A stretch of DNA of 64,000 nucleotides from a virus (taxonomy: Duplodnaviria > Heunggongvirae > Uroviricota > Caudoviricetes). Where the stretch lies: the IMG/VR virus record IMGVR_UViG_3300042554_002438. One strand, written 5' to 3'. Shown piece after piece: positions 55,011 through 64,000 of the stretch; position 1 is the stretch's first letter, and every line of letters starts with the position of its first letter. A program made the position numbers and the translations under genes. Under the pieces are notes generated by a model. It was not told where the DNA came from. It did no database searches and saw only the letters and a list, made by a program, of their open reading frames with translations.

Positions 55011-57304
55011 TTTACAAAATAATTTTTTTCAATATCGTACAACGCATTAGCACCTTTCCATAAACCAAAATAGTAATATTTCCCTTTATAACTATTGTTT
55101 GATGTGGCACTTTCTGAATTAGTTGTTGTTATTGTTTCTTCTGGACGCTCAACGAAAATTTCAGAAGAATCTAAACTAACACTTCTAACTGAGGTGGTTT
55201 GTGTTATTTGCGATCTGATAATTGAAGCATCTCCTTTTCTATATGAAGAATAAACCTGGTCGTTTATTAAATCTGGTAAATCGTCAGTTATATCATCGAT
55301 AAAAACCTCTAAAATTGGTTCTTTACCATTATATTCCACAGAATTAATAAAAACACCGTATGTTTGATACTCATCCGCAACTTGATTATAGGCTTTATGT
55401 ACTGAAGATCCATTTGCATTTGAACCCTTTTTCTTGGCTAATTCTGTTGCATATAAACTAGCATTAAATACGGTAGTTGTATTATCACCAAAATTCCAAG
55501 TATTATTGTCACCAAAAATATTATTACCGTTGTTGATAAAATCATCGGCATTAAATAATTCTGAGTACACCGACCCTGAGTTTACACCACCATCTTTCTT
55601 AACACCTAGACCCAAATACATTTCCCAATCACCAACCCATTCGTTATATGTGTCAGTTTTATCTTTCCAAGGTTCAATTAAAAATTTATGTGCTCTTTTT
55701 AAGGAATTATCCTCATAAGTAGTATAAAATCTCGGTATTAAGATCGATCCAATAATCGTAGGTTCGTCTATGTTTGCCACTGTATTAAAATGTAAAGGAA
55801 AATTCCAAAAAACCGATGATTTATTTGGGTTATACTGTGGAAAATACCCAATAAAATTACCAGGTATTAACGCATTTGATAAAGAATGTTTTTTGTGTAT
55901 TGTTTTTACCGTATAAAACTTTCTGCGTCTGTTTAATATGTCATATTCAAATAAACCACCCCAAGTACCTTCCCAACCACCAAGCCAAACATCTCCATTA
56001 ATCGTGGATGGTATCCTAATACCTGGTAATATTTGGTTTGCAAATCCACCCCACGGTAGTCTTCTGCCTGTCCATCTATCATCGGTGTCATATATCTCAA
56101 AGGCGTAATATGCTTTTGTTGGTATTCCATTCGTTGTATCGTTTGTCGGAACTAAATCACCAAATTCATTTGTGATATAGTAATCCGTATACATAGGTAA
56201 TGATAATCTGAATACCCCATTGTAGTATGAACCAGTAAATACGCCAAGTCTTTTTCTAGAACCTTGATTTAGTTTATCGTCTAATCGATAAACAACTATT
56301 TCCATTTTTTGATATGGATATATATCACCAGTTGCGTAATTAAGTGAAGCATCGTTTGCGTGAATCTCTGGTCTTCTTGTTGTGATATTATAATTGTAAT
56401 CTGGATTTATCGTAAAACCACCACTTGGTGCATGTATATACCCAAAAAATACAGCGGTTGGTGTGTATTTAAAATTTATTTTAAAATCACACCTAGTTAT
56501 ACCCACATCACATTGATCCTCATCGCCCCAAAATGGTGATACGGTTATTTGTTTAACCTGATGAAATATATTAGGCATTTCATCAATATTTGTTTTTACT
56601 TCGACCTCAAAGTTATTATTACCCAAGTAAATAAAATTAGGCACTTTGTTCCTATTAATTGTTTGCTCTTGGGCGTCAATGGAATTACTAAGTAATAATG
56701 ATCTTAATTCCTCAATGTTGTTATTTAAAGATATTTGTTCAACCAAATCATTTGCTGTTAATTCAAAAGATTTTGTATCAAAGACATCAAAATCCATAAT
56801 GATATCATGTTGCCCAGTTGGGACGCCAAATATCATAAAGTCACCCGATTCATTTGTTGTAGTTGTGTATTTGTAATACTTTTCCATTACCTCGAGATAC
56901 TGCGGGTAATTTGTAAAGTCACTTTCGTGTGGAAAATTACCGATTGCTTTGTGACTTGGATTTCTTTCGTTTTTAACCCTAGGGAAAAGGTTATATCTAA
57001 CACCATTTGGGTAAGTGTCATTTACCGTTTCAAACGGATATAATTCCAATATTTCTGGTCTATCTTTATCTTCATCTTTTAAAGGGATAAAAATACTAAC
57101 TTTTGCGTTTTGAACACCAAATCCGCTATTTAACATAACCCTTCCAACAATAACACCAAAATTTGAGCATTGTCTAGTGTAAGCATCGGAATTGGTTATC
57201 TTTAAACTAAGGATTTCAAGATTATCAAACTCTTGCTCTAAATTAAATTGTATTACTTTATCATCCCTAGAAAAATCTACTGGAATCCTTATGTTTCTAT
57301 CCAT
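55007..57304 (-). CDS. baseplate-associated protein with a carboxypeptidase-regulatory-like beta domain
   Basis: FGVIVGRVMLNSGFGVQNAKVSIFIP...TTTNESGDFMIFGVPTG. Confidence 0.65.
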   Translation of the reverse strand: MDRNIRIPVDFSRDDKVIQFNLEQEFDNLEILSLKITNSDAYTRQCSNFGVIVGRVMLNSGFGVQNAKVSIFIPLKDEDKDRPEILELYPFETVNDTYPNGVRYNLFPRVKNERNPSHKAIGNFPHESDFTNYPQYLEVMEKYYKYTTTTNESGDFMIFGVPTGQHDIIMDFDVFDTKSFELTANDLVEQISLNNNIEELRSLLLSNSIDAQEQTINRNKVPNFIYLGNNNFEVEVKTNIDEMPNIFHQVKQITVSPFWGDEDQCDVGITRCDFKINFKYTPTAVFFGYIHAPSGGFTINPDYNYNITTRRPEIHANDASLNYATGDIYPYQKMEIVVYRLDDKLNQGSRKRLGVFTGSYYNGVFRLSLPMYTDYYITNEFGDLVPTNDTTNGIPTKAYYAFEIYDTDDRWTGRRLPWGGFANQILPGIRIPSTINGDVWLGGWEGTWGGLFEYDILNRRRKFYTVKTIHKKHSLSNALIPGNFIGYFPQYNPNKSSVFWNFPLHFNTVANIDEPTIIGSILIPRFYTTYEDNSLKRAHKFLIEPWKDKTDTYNEWVGDWEMYLGLGVKKDGGVNSGSVYSELFNADDFINNGNNIFGDNNTWNFGDNTTTVFNASLYATELAKKKGSNANGSSVHKAYNQVADEYQTYGVFINSVEYNGKEPILEVFIDDITDDLPDLINDQVYSSYRKGDASIIRSQITQTTSVRSVSLDSSEIFVERPEETITTTNSESATSNNSYKGKYYYFGLWKGANALYDIEKNYFVK

Positions 57305-57305
57305 A

Positions 57306-59126
57306 TTAAACGCCTAACAATGTGTTTTGTGTGGTTGGTATAACCACAATATCTTTTTCTGGTGTTCTTAATTGTAAAATTTGATCCGCATTTACACGAA
57401 TAACCCCACCAGTTATATCAATTTCACCTGTGTTAACATTTATGTAGAGTGAATCGTCAAGTTTACTTGATGAATAATCTCCACCAACTTTGTTAAATAC
57501 CTTAATATAGTTAATATTTAAAACACCATCAATCTGTGAAAGTTTTTTAATAACGTCCCCAACAAGATAACTTTGCCCTAACTGCATTTTATCCTTGGAA
57601 AACTCATCTCTTAATATCGCGGCAATGTTAGCAATTGCATTTATTTGCGATCCAGCCTCGCTTAAAATTGATATTTCAAACGATAAATCAATCACATCGG
57701 CTGGTTTTACAACAACATAATCATTTATCATTCTATATCTCGATAAATAATTTGCTACGTTTTCTAGAACAGTTGATGAAACAATATTTGTTAACGAACC
57801 ATTTGTATCTGTCGATAAAACACCAACGTTAATTTTATTTTGAATTTGTGAGACGCTTACTTTTGCTGGAACACCAAATTTAGCTGGCATACCGAGTAAA
57901 ATGGCTTTATAATCTTGCAATGTGACAGCTCTATTTTGAGCAGAAAAATTGTACGAAATATAGTTTCTTAACTCCTCAATACTTGGAGCCTCACCACCCC
58001 CAATTGCTGGTGTAACATTTGTAACCGTTAGCGAACCTTGCACAATTGAATTAATTTGGGCCTCAGGGCCGTTCAGTTGCATAGAAACAAGTCCTGTGGT
58101 ATCTATTGTACCAACACCGACATTTGTGTCCTCACCACCTCCAATCCTGTATTTAATATACATCGTTGTATTATTGATTGGGGCAAAACCTAAACCTGGG
58201 TTACTTAAAAAACTTTTAAGATTAAAAGTATTAGCATCGACAAAATCATCTAATATGTCTAAACCCTGGTCGGTCAAAGAACCGAAAGTTAACACACAAA
58301 ATCCATTTGGTGTAAATTCTTTTACAAATCGCCTATCAACTTTTGTGTAGTCACCTTTATAAACACCATTTACTGGCGCCACAGTTCTGTCTTCAACAAA
58401 GATTGTATCTTCAGCCAAAGACGCAACTTCGTACCATTTATTTGTGTTTGAATTAAATTCTAAATTTGTTGGTATTGTTTGAAACGATGTACCATTTTTA
58501 TGAATAATAGAATCAATAGATAATATATTATTTTCTGGCAATGTTATTTGATAAAATGATCTTGTATTTGAAATTTTTTGTGTAAAAATTCTACTTGCCC
58601 CAGCCACAACTATACCAGTTTTTGTTATCCTATATGCAGTTAAAATACCATTTGTGTAAATTGGGATTTTAGTTCTATCAATTTTACCCGAGATATTAAA
58701 ATTTGATGCAAAATCAATATCATATAACAACTCGAAACTAACATCCCCAGATAAAAATTGTGAACCTGCATACATTAATGGTAAGTACCTTCTATCCTCA
58801 GCATCACCCCTAATGGGTACCTGGACGCTAAATTGACATACAGCAACGCTTGCTGATCTGGTTGGTAATTTTAAACCATACGTTTTCGCAATATTAAAAA
58901 GTGATTGTCTTTCTTGAGCGTAATCCAATACAGTTTCTTGTAAAGCCCTATCAATATGAAAATGAAGGTTATCCGCAATTGCAGCATTTAAATCTAAAAA
59001 TACGGATAAAATTGACGCATCGTTGAAATTTTGCACCAAATTTGGGTAGTACTGTTTAATAAAATTGATTTGTTCGGTTTTTAATGACGAAAAATCGCGT
59101 TTACTATAATTAATTTGTTTAGCCAT
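57306..59126 (-). CDS. baseplate wedge subunit (T4 gp6/baseplate J-like)
   Basis: INYSKRDFSSLK, IDRALQE..LDYAQERQS...AK..G, GGEAPSIEELR...FSAQNRAVTLQDY. Confidence 0.92.
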   Translation of the reverse strand: MAKQINYSKRDFSSLKTEQINFIKQYYPNLVQNFNDASILSVFLDLNAAIADNLHFHIDRALQETVLDYAQERQSLFNIAKTYGLKLPTRSASVAVCQFSVQVPIRGDAEDRRYLPLMYAGSQFLSGDVSFELLYDIDFASNFNISGKIDRTKIPIYTNGILTAYRITKTGIVVAGASRIFTQKISNTRSFYQITLPENNILSIDSIIHKNGTSFQTIPTNLEFNSNTNKWYEVASLAEDTIFVEDRTVAPVNGVYKGDYTKVDRRFVKEFTPNGFCVLTFGSLTDQGLDILDDFVDANTFNLKSFLSNPGLGFAPINNTTMYIKYRIGGGEDTNVGVGTIDTTGLVSMQLNGPEAQINSIVQGSLTVTNVTPAIGGGEAPSIEELRNYISYNFSAQNRAVTLQDYKAILLGMPAKFGVPAKVSVSQIQNKINVGVLSTDTNGSLTNIVSSTVLENVANYLSRYRMINDYVVVKPADVIDLSFEISILSEAGSQINAIANIAAILRDEFSKDKMQLGQSYLVGDVIKKLSQIDGVLNINYIKVFNKVGGDYSSSKLDDSLYINVNTGEIDITGGVIRVNADQILQLRTPEKDIVVIPTTQNTLLGV

Positions 59127-59127
59127 T

Positions 59128-59544
59128 TTATAATAATAATGTTACCGTGCCAGACGATTGAAATGTTCTTGAATTTACTGTGTAATCAAGATTTATTTTT
59201 ATTGTGTGTTGTAATTTGTCATCACCAACAAATTCAATTTGATCGTAAAATTTATTTATAATGATTTTATTTATAGTTAAATTTGGTATGTATTTTTCGA
59301 CAGCATCGATAATTTCATCCTCAATTTTACCCATCGTAATATCATCAAGCGGTTCAAAAATGTATTGATATAAATTGGTACCAAAATCTGGTAAATAATA
59401 CCTACTACCTCTTTTTGTTAATAAAAGATGTATTAAATTTGTTTTAACTTCTAACTCTGGTGTTGTTGTTAACTTTAAAAAATCACCATTGTCACCGTCA
59501 TCAAAGGGAAAATTAACACCATATGTTGGTCTCCTAATATTCAT
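59128..59544 (-). CDS. baseplate wedge subunit (T4 gp25/GPW-like)
   Basis: KTNLIHLLLTKRGSRYYLPDFGTNLYQYIFEP. Confidence 0.93.
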   Translation of the reverse strand: MNIRRPTYGVNFPFDDGDNGDFLKLTTTPELEVKTNLIHLLLTKRGSRYYLPDFGTNLYQYIFEPLDDITMGKIEDEIIDAVEKYIPNLTINKIIINKFYDQIEFVGDDKLQHTIKINLDYTVNSRTFQSSGTVTLLL

Positions 59545-59559
59545 GATTTTTATTTATTC

Positions 59560-59567
59560 ATAAATAG
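59560..59567 (-). promoter_or_regulatory. putative late promoter heading the baseplate operon
   Basis: CTATTTAT 15 nt upstream of ATG 59544, just after the nrdA terminator. Confidence 0.6.
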
Positions 59568-59592
59568 TAAGAAAAATTATTTTATTGTAAAC

Positions 59593-59619
59593 AAAAAAGC
59601 CACCGTTTAGGTGGCTTTT
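59593..59619. terminator. intrinsic terminator of nrdA
   Basis: AAAAGCCACC-gttta-GGTGGCTTTT. Confidence 0.85.
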
Positions 59620-59623
59620 CTTG

Positions 59624-61777
59624 TTAACTTGAGCACCCAAAGCACTCAAATTGACTATTTTCTGGTTTTTTGGGTACCGCTTCAGTTGCACTACCCGATG
59701 ATAGTTTTGAGTTGTTTTCTATTTTAGATTTGGTTCTGGTATAATATGCACCAGACTTTAAACCGACTTTCCAAGCATACATTAAAGCGCTAGATATTTT
59801 AGAATATTTTGCATCAGAATGATAAACATTTAACGACTGCGATTGGTCAACATATTTGTTTCTAATCGCTGATAAATCTAATAACGTTTTTTGTGAAATC
59901 TCCCAAACATCTTTATATCTGTATCTTATATCTTGGGGAATTTCATTGATCATTTGTACACTCCCACCATTGGCGATAATTTTATTTTTAATATTATTAT
60001 CCCATATACCTAACTCATCCAATTCATTTACAAGGTGTTTATTTATTACCAAAAATTCGCCCTGACCAACTCTTCTAGTAAATAAATTTGACGTTACTGG
60101 TTCAAACGACTCAAATACACCCAGTAATATTGCAGATGACGCTGTTGGCATTAAACCAAGTAGTAATGAATTAAGCATCGGTATTGGTTCACCATTTGAT
60201 AATGGGCTCCACCCCTCAATATATGTTTCACCTTTTGAATAAGGGCTACCATCCCACGAGGGATAATTTCTATTTTGCTCTTTAGCCATGTTCATAGATT
60301 CAGTAACCGCAGCTTTGTACATTGTCTCGAAAATGTCAGTGTTCCATTTTTTGGCCTCCTCACTTTCAAAAGAAATCTTTTTCTTTGCAAAAAAGTCAGC
60401 TAAACCAGCTACACCAATCGCCAAAGATCTTTGATCCAACCCAGCTTTTTCACTCCAATCATCACTCCACTTATTTTTATCAATAACAGCGTTTAGCGCT
60501 CTAACCATGACTTTTGTACTCTTAGCTATACTTTTCAAATCATCGTGTTCAGCTAGGTTAATTGAACCTAATGTACATTGTGATGTATAACCTGGTTTTG
60601 ATACATTTGTAATTTCAATACAAAGATTACTTTGTTTAACAACACCAATATTATTTTGCATGTTTCTTTTATTCGCATTGTCTTTAAAGAATACATACGG
60701 TCTTCCACTCTCAACCTGAGCCTTAATAATCGCATCCCAAATTGTTTTTGGGTTTATTGGGGTGCCAATACCCAATTCAACAGCTTTATTATATAGTTCC
60801 ACAAATTCATTACCCCAAGTATCATGCAGTGGTTTTAAACCAGCTTTTTCAATATCATTGGGGCAAAATAAATACCAATCTTCATTATTGGTTAATTTTT
60901 CCATAAACAAGTCGTTAACAACAACTGCGGTAAATAAATCTCTGGTTCTCATTTGCTCGTCACCGATTGGTAGCGTCAATTCTAAGAAATCCATGATATC
61001 TCTATGCCATAAAGAAAGGTATAAAGCACAACTGCCAGAACGACTACCTTGTTTGTAAAATCTCATTTTACTTTGTACCATATCGGCTAATCTGACAACA
61101 CCACCAGCATTCCCATTAAATGAACCGACCATAGAATGGCGACTTCTCAGTGGATCGATTAACATACCAATACCAGCACCCTCTTTAGATGCGTAAGATA
61201 TTTTTGTAAGCGTATCCTCAATCCCATCAATACTATCGCTATGTAATGTGGTCAAATTACAAGAAATCATTCCATTTCTTTTGTCAATCCCCGCATTTGT
61301 GTATATCGGTGTTGCAAAGTTCATTCTTTTGTTTGTCAGTTCCTCAACAAACATTTTAAAATCTTTATCCGAACTTGATAAGTGTTTTGCCACTCTATTA
61401 TACATACAAGAGGGTAATTCTATTGGCATACTACCTTCTTTCATTGAATATTTTTTCAAGAATGTTGTTGCCGCGAAGAAATCATAGGTTAAATCAACTG
61501 GTTGTAATTCCTTACCAATTAACTTTGACTGTCTACTCAAAAGTAATCTACCACCTAAGGTCGAATAATCTGGGTGGTTTATTACTTTGTCGGCGGCCTT
61601 AAACGCAATTAGTTCATCCAATTCGGTGGTTGTCATACCATCGTATATCAAAGGAATAACTTCTTTGAATAACGCATCACCATCAACATTTAAATCTTTT
61701 GAGTTATTTTTTATTCTGCTCAAAATTTTATTAGGCATAAAAGCCTGAAAATCACCGTTTCTTTTTTTAATCCTCAT
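59624..61777 (-). CDS. nrdA: class Ia ribonucleotide reductase alpha subunit
   Basis: N-terminal ATP cone, MISCNL, SNLCIEI, MPTASSA, C-terminal CFGCSS. Confidence 0.97.
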   Translation of the reverse strand: MRIKKRNGDFQAFMPNKILSRIKNNSKDLNVDGDALFKEVIPLIYDGMTTTELDELIAFKAADKVINHPDYSTLGGRLLLSRQSKLIGKELQPVDLTYDFFAATTFLKKYSMKEGSMPIELPSCMYNRVAKHLSSSDKDFKMFVEELTNKRMNFATPIYTNAGIDKRNGMISCNLTTLHSDSIDGIEDTLTKISYASKEGAGIGMLIDPLRSRHSMVGSFNGNAGGVVRLADMVQSKMRFYKQGSRSGSCALYLSLWHRDIMDFLELTLPIGDEQMRTRDLFTAVVVNDLFMEKLTNNEDWYLFCPNDIEKAGLKPLHDTWGNEFVELYNKAVELGIGTPINPKTIWDAIIKAQVESGRPYVFFKDNANKRNMQNNIGVVKQSNLCIEITNVSKPGYTSQCTLGSINLAEHDDLKSIAKSTKVMVRALNAVIDKNKWSDDWSEKAGLDQRSLAIGVAGLADFFAKKKISFESEEAKKWNTDIFETMYKAAVTESMNMAKEQNRNYPSWDGSPYSKGETYIEGWSPLSNGEPIPMLNSLLLGLMPTASSAILLGVFESFEPVTSNLFTRRVGQGEFLVINKHLVNELDELGIWDNNIKNKIIANGGSVQMINEIPQDIRYRYKDVWEISQKTLLDLSAIRNKYVDQSQSLNVYHSDAKYSKISSALMYAWKVGLKSGAYYTRTKSKIENNSKLSSGSATEAVPKKPENSQFECFGCSS

Positions 61778-61788
61778 CTCTATTTTTT

Positions 61789-62736
61789 TTAAAAATCATC
61801 ATCAAAAATACCATCTGTTGTAGTTGGAATATCCACTCTAGTGTATTGTCCTATTCTTTGTTCAAAGAAATTATTTTTAGCGGACAAACCAATTCTTGCC
61901 ATGTAATCCAAAGGGTTGTTCGTATTAAACTCTGGTTCAATACCAAAGTCCTTTAAAACAACATCAGCGACATATCTAACATATTGTACCATCATGTCTG
62001 TTGTTAAACCCATAAGACCATTTGGCATACTTTCTCTAACAAAAACCTCTTCCACCTGGCAACAAGATAAAATAATTTCACGCACTTCTTCTTTTGGTAA
62101 TTTGTTTGCAACGTAATTGTTATATAAATTAACCGCAAATTCGTAATGTAATGTTTCATCACGAATAATTAATTCATTCATACCCGCCAAACCCTCCATT
62201 TTATTTCTTGAGCGGTACCAAAAAACTCCCGCAAAAACAGAACTAAAAGAAATTCCTTCAACACAAGCAAACGCGATCAATCTATGAACAAAAGATGGGT
62301 GGTTTATCCATTTTTCAGCCCAAGACGCTTTTGCGGCAACTGATGGGCTTGTTTCCATGGAATTAAATAAATCCATCTTTTCTTTCTCGTCTTTCACATA
62401 TGACTCAATTAAAAGTGAATAACCATTAGCATGGACTTGTTCAATAAACGTTTGATGCCCATAAAAATATTGAGCTTCAAGCAAATCAACCTCGTTCATG
62501 AAGTTTGTGGCTAAATTATCAATTACTAATCCATCTGAAATGGCGAAGAACGCTAAAATGTTTTTTAGATATTGTTTTTCAGAATCAGTTAATTCATTGT
62601 ATTTGTCCTTTGATAGGTCAACTTCTTCAGCTACCCAGGTTTGTTTTTCAGCTTTTTTATAAAACTCCCATAAATCTGGGTGAGTTATAGGGAAAATCGA
62701 ATACCTTTTTGTTAAGTCGTTACTTTTTAAATTCAT
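61789..62736 (-). CDS. nrdB: class Ia ribonucleotide reductase beta subunit
   Basis: WVAEEVDL, FFAISDG, EQVHANGY, EGISFSS, RDETLH, NFFE. Confidence 0.97.
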   Translation of the reverse strand: MNLKSNDLTKRYSIFPITHPDLWEFYKKAEKQTWVAEEVDLSKDKYNELTDSEKQYLKNILAFFAISDGLVIDNLATNFMNEVDLLEAQYFYGHQTFIEQVHANGYSLLIESYVKDEKEKMDLFNSMETSPSVAAKASWAEKWINHPSFVHRLIAFACVEGISFSSVFAGVFWYRSRNKMEGLAGMNELIIRDETLHYEFAVNLYNNYVANKLPKEEVREIILSCCQVEEVFVRESMPNGLMGLTTDMMVQYVRYVADVVLKDFGIEPEFNTNNPLDYMARIGLSAKNNFFEQRIGQYTRVDIPTTTDGIFDDDF

Positions 62737-62761
62737 TGTTTTTTTGTGTTATTGGGTTAAA

Positions 62762-62780
62762 ATAAATATTCGCAAATATA
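62762..62780 (-). promoter_or_regulatory. tandem host-type -7 element and TATTTAT motif upstream of nrdB
   Basis: Minus strand TATATTTG (62773-62780) followed by ATATTTAT (62762-62769). Confidence 0.45.
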
Positions 62781-62809
62781 GTTAATTTGGTTTAATCTTA
62801 ATAAAAAAT

Positions 62810-64000
62810 TTATTGATTTTCAGTATTATTTTCACTTCCCCTAGATTCTAAAAACCCTCTGTAAAGATTCTTACGTTTATCCACTTGTTCTTTAGCCTTT
62901 TGGCTTTCAAAACCCTTTTCAGTTAATTGATCATCGGTATTAATCTTTAACGTACCATTGTCAAATTTACAATTTGGAAAAACCATACCATCACGACCCA
63001 ATCGATTCTTTAATATTGAGATTGTTGCGACACTGGCTTCTTTTTGTTCCAATGTTTTACCAATACTCATTATAAAGTGTGCAATCTGAGCTTTTTTAAG
63101 TGAACCACCCATATTTTCGGTTTTAACCACCTCAACGCTTGTTGAGGCTCGGTTACCTTGAGTTGCTGTCCAACAAGCAACACCAACCTCTTCAATCATT
63201 GTCTCAAGAAGTCGCATAACTCTACCCTCACTAGCCCATTCATCATTTGTTGTTGAGCTGTATTCTTTTTCAAGTGAAATACAATCAATGTAATCTAAAA
63301 CCAATAAATCAATTTTATGACCTCTAGAATTTAATTTCTTTATGATATTTTTGATTTTTGTTATTGTGACACCATCAGCGGGTAATTTTTGTAGGAATAG
63401 GTTATTCTTTGGTTCTTGCCCGTTAACTTTTCTATTCTTAAAAGCCTCCAACCTAGATTTAACCCAAGAAATACCTTCTTCGTCAGATAATTTATTAAGT
63501 GGTACTTCAGTTATAAGTGTATAATGTTTTCTTTGTATTGATTTTTCTTTGTCTTCAAAAAAGACTTGTAAAACATTTCGGCCATCCTGATAAGCTTGAT
63601 TGGCGACTTTTGTTAAAAAGGTTGTTTTACCAACACCAAGTGGAGCGATAACCAAAGCGAGTTCACCACTAGCAATACCACCACCCATAATTTCATCGAT
63701 ACCACTAATGCCACATTGTATTGGATCCCTGAACTCATCAGAAAGTACATTATCCATATCCTGGAAAAGTGTTATAGAATCCTGAGTGTCCTTAAAGATC
63801 AATGCATCCTTTAACCTTTTTTCGATTTGGTCATAATCCTCAATAACACCCCTTTCAACTTTTTTAGATATTTCTTGGATTACACTTTTAAGTGATTGCA
63901 TTTTACAGAACTTAACAACGTAATCTTGTATGTTTTTATTTGTAACTGTTCGGCTTTCAACCTCTTGTAGTGTATCTAAAACTTGTGTTTTAAATGTGGG
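62810..64000 (-). CDS. dnaB: replicative helicase (DnaB/T4 gp41-like), 5'-truncated by the window edge
   Basis: GGGIASGELALVIAPLGVGKTT, LLVLDYID, WTATQGNR, ILKNRLG; the frame stays open upstream of ATG 63901 to base 64000. Confidence 0.95.
   Translation of the reverse strand, partial: PTFKTQVLDTLQEVESRTVTNKNIQDYVVKFCKMQSLKSVIQEISKKVERGVIEDYDQIEKRLKDALIFKDTQDSITLFQDMDNVLSDEFRDPIQCGISGIDEIMGGGIASGELALVIAPLGVGKTTFLTKVANQAYQDGRNVLQVFFEDKEKSIQRKHYTLITEVPLNKLSDEEGISWVKSRLEAFKNRKVNGQEPKNNLFLQKLPADGVTITKIKNIIKKLNSRGHKIDLLVLDYIDCISLEKEYSSTTNDEWASEGRVMRLLETMIEEVGVACWTATQGNRASTSVEVVKTENMGGSLKKAQIAHFIMSIGKTLEQKEASVATISILKNRLGRDGMVFPNCKFDNGTLKINTDDQLTEKGFESQKAKEQVDKRKNLYRGFLESRGSENNTENQ

Noticed and set aside
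33859-59544. Diversity-generating retroelement targeting tail genes
   Set aside because: No reverse transcriptase and no template/variable repeat pair noticed; a computed self-alignment would be needed to exclude it fully
792-63785. Many short + strand ORFs in the track (e.g. 792-1016, 1942-2370, 5313-5624, 9197-9418, 24308-24595, 60762-61058) and short off-frame - strand ORFs
   Set aside because: They are antisense or off-frame shadows lying over well-supported genes, with no motifs of their own
1-64000. Alternative genetic code (stop-codon recoding), as in some huge phages
   Set aside because: Conserved genes (nrdA, nrdB, sbcC, gp6, the 2554-aa ORF) are full length and densely packed under code 11
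59624-64000. Inteins or introns in nrdA, nrdB or the helicase
   Set aside because: Lengths are ordinary, motifs are contiguous and no homing-endonuclease or intein motifs were seen

Overview
A 64 kb segment of an AT-rich, gene-dense jumbo/huge myophage genome using standard code 11, with almost all genes on the minus strand. The host is very probably a Bacteroidota bacterium: the window has a Bacteroidia-type bS21, a Bacteroidota-type sigma70 and ClpP, and TTTG-N19/20-TAnnTTTG promoters. Left to right it contains: a truncated T5-A1-like/metallophosphoesterase gene, a holin-like gene, a phosphoesterase, an LRR protein, rpsU, virion-protein genes, clpP, hsp20, a structured non-coding region, a TROVE/Ro60-like vWA gene, a methyltransferase, putative head-internal proteins, a lysis-like cassette, an ArdC-like polyvalent protein, a sigma/SbcCD/exonuclease/primase/RuvC block, a ~26 kb tail/baseplate module (gp7/gp6/gp25-like), nrdA, nrdB and a truncated gp41/DnaB helicase. 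Best leads: (1) two closed-stem RNAs sharing a UURCAGCAA motif, one with a cUUCGg hairpin, directly behind the Ro60-like gene; (2) a 17-bp hairpin that buries the start codon of a virion gene and has a putative late promoter in its loop; (3) an A_AAA_AAC/A10 slippery site giving a -1 frame Pro/Glu repeat extension; (4) a TATTTAT late-promoter network, some members with leaderless-like spacing, including rpsU. Family assignments are from motif recognition by eye, not database searches.
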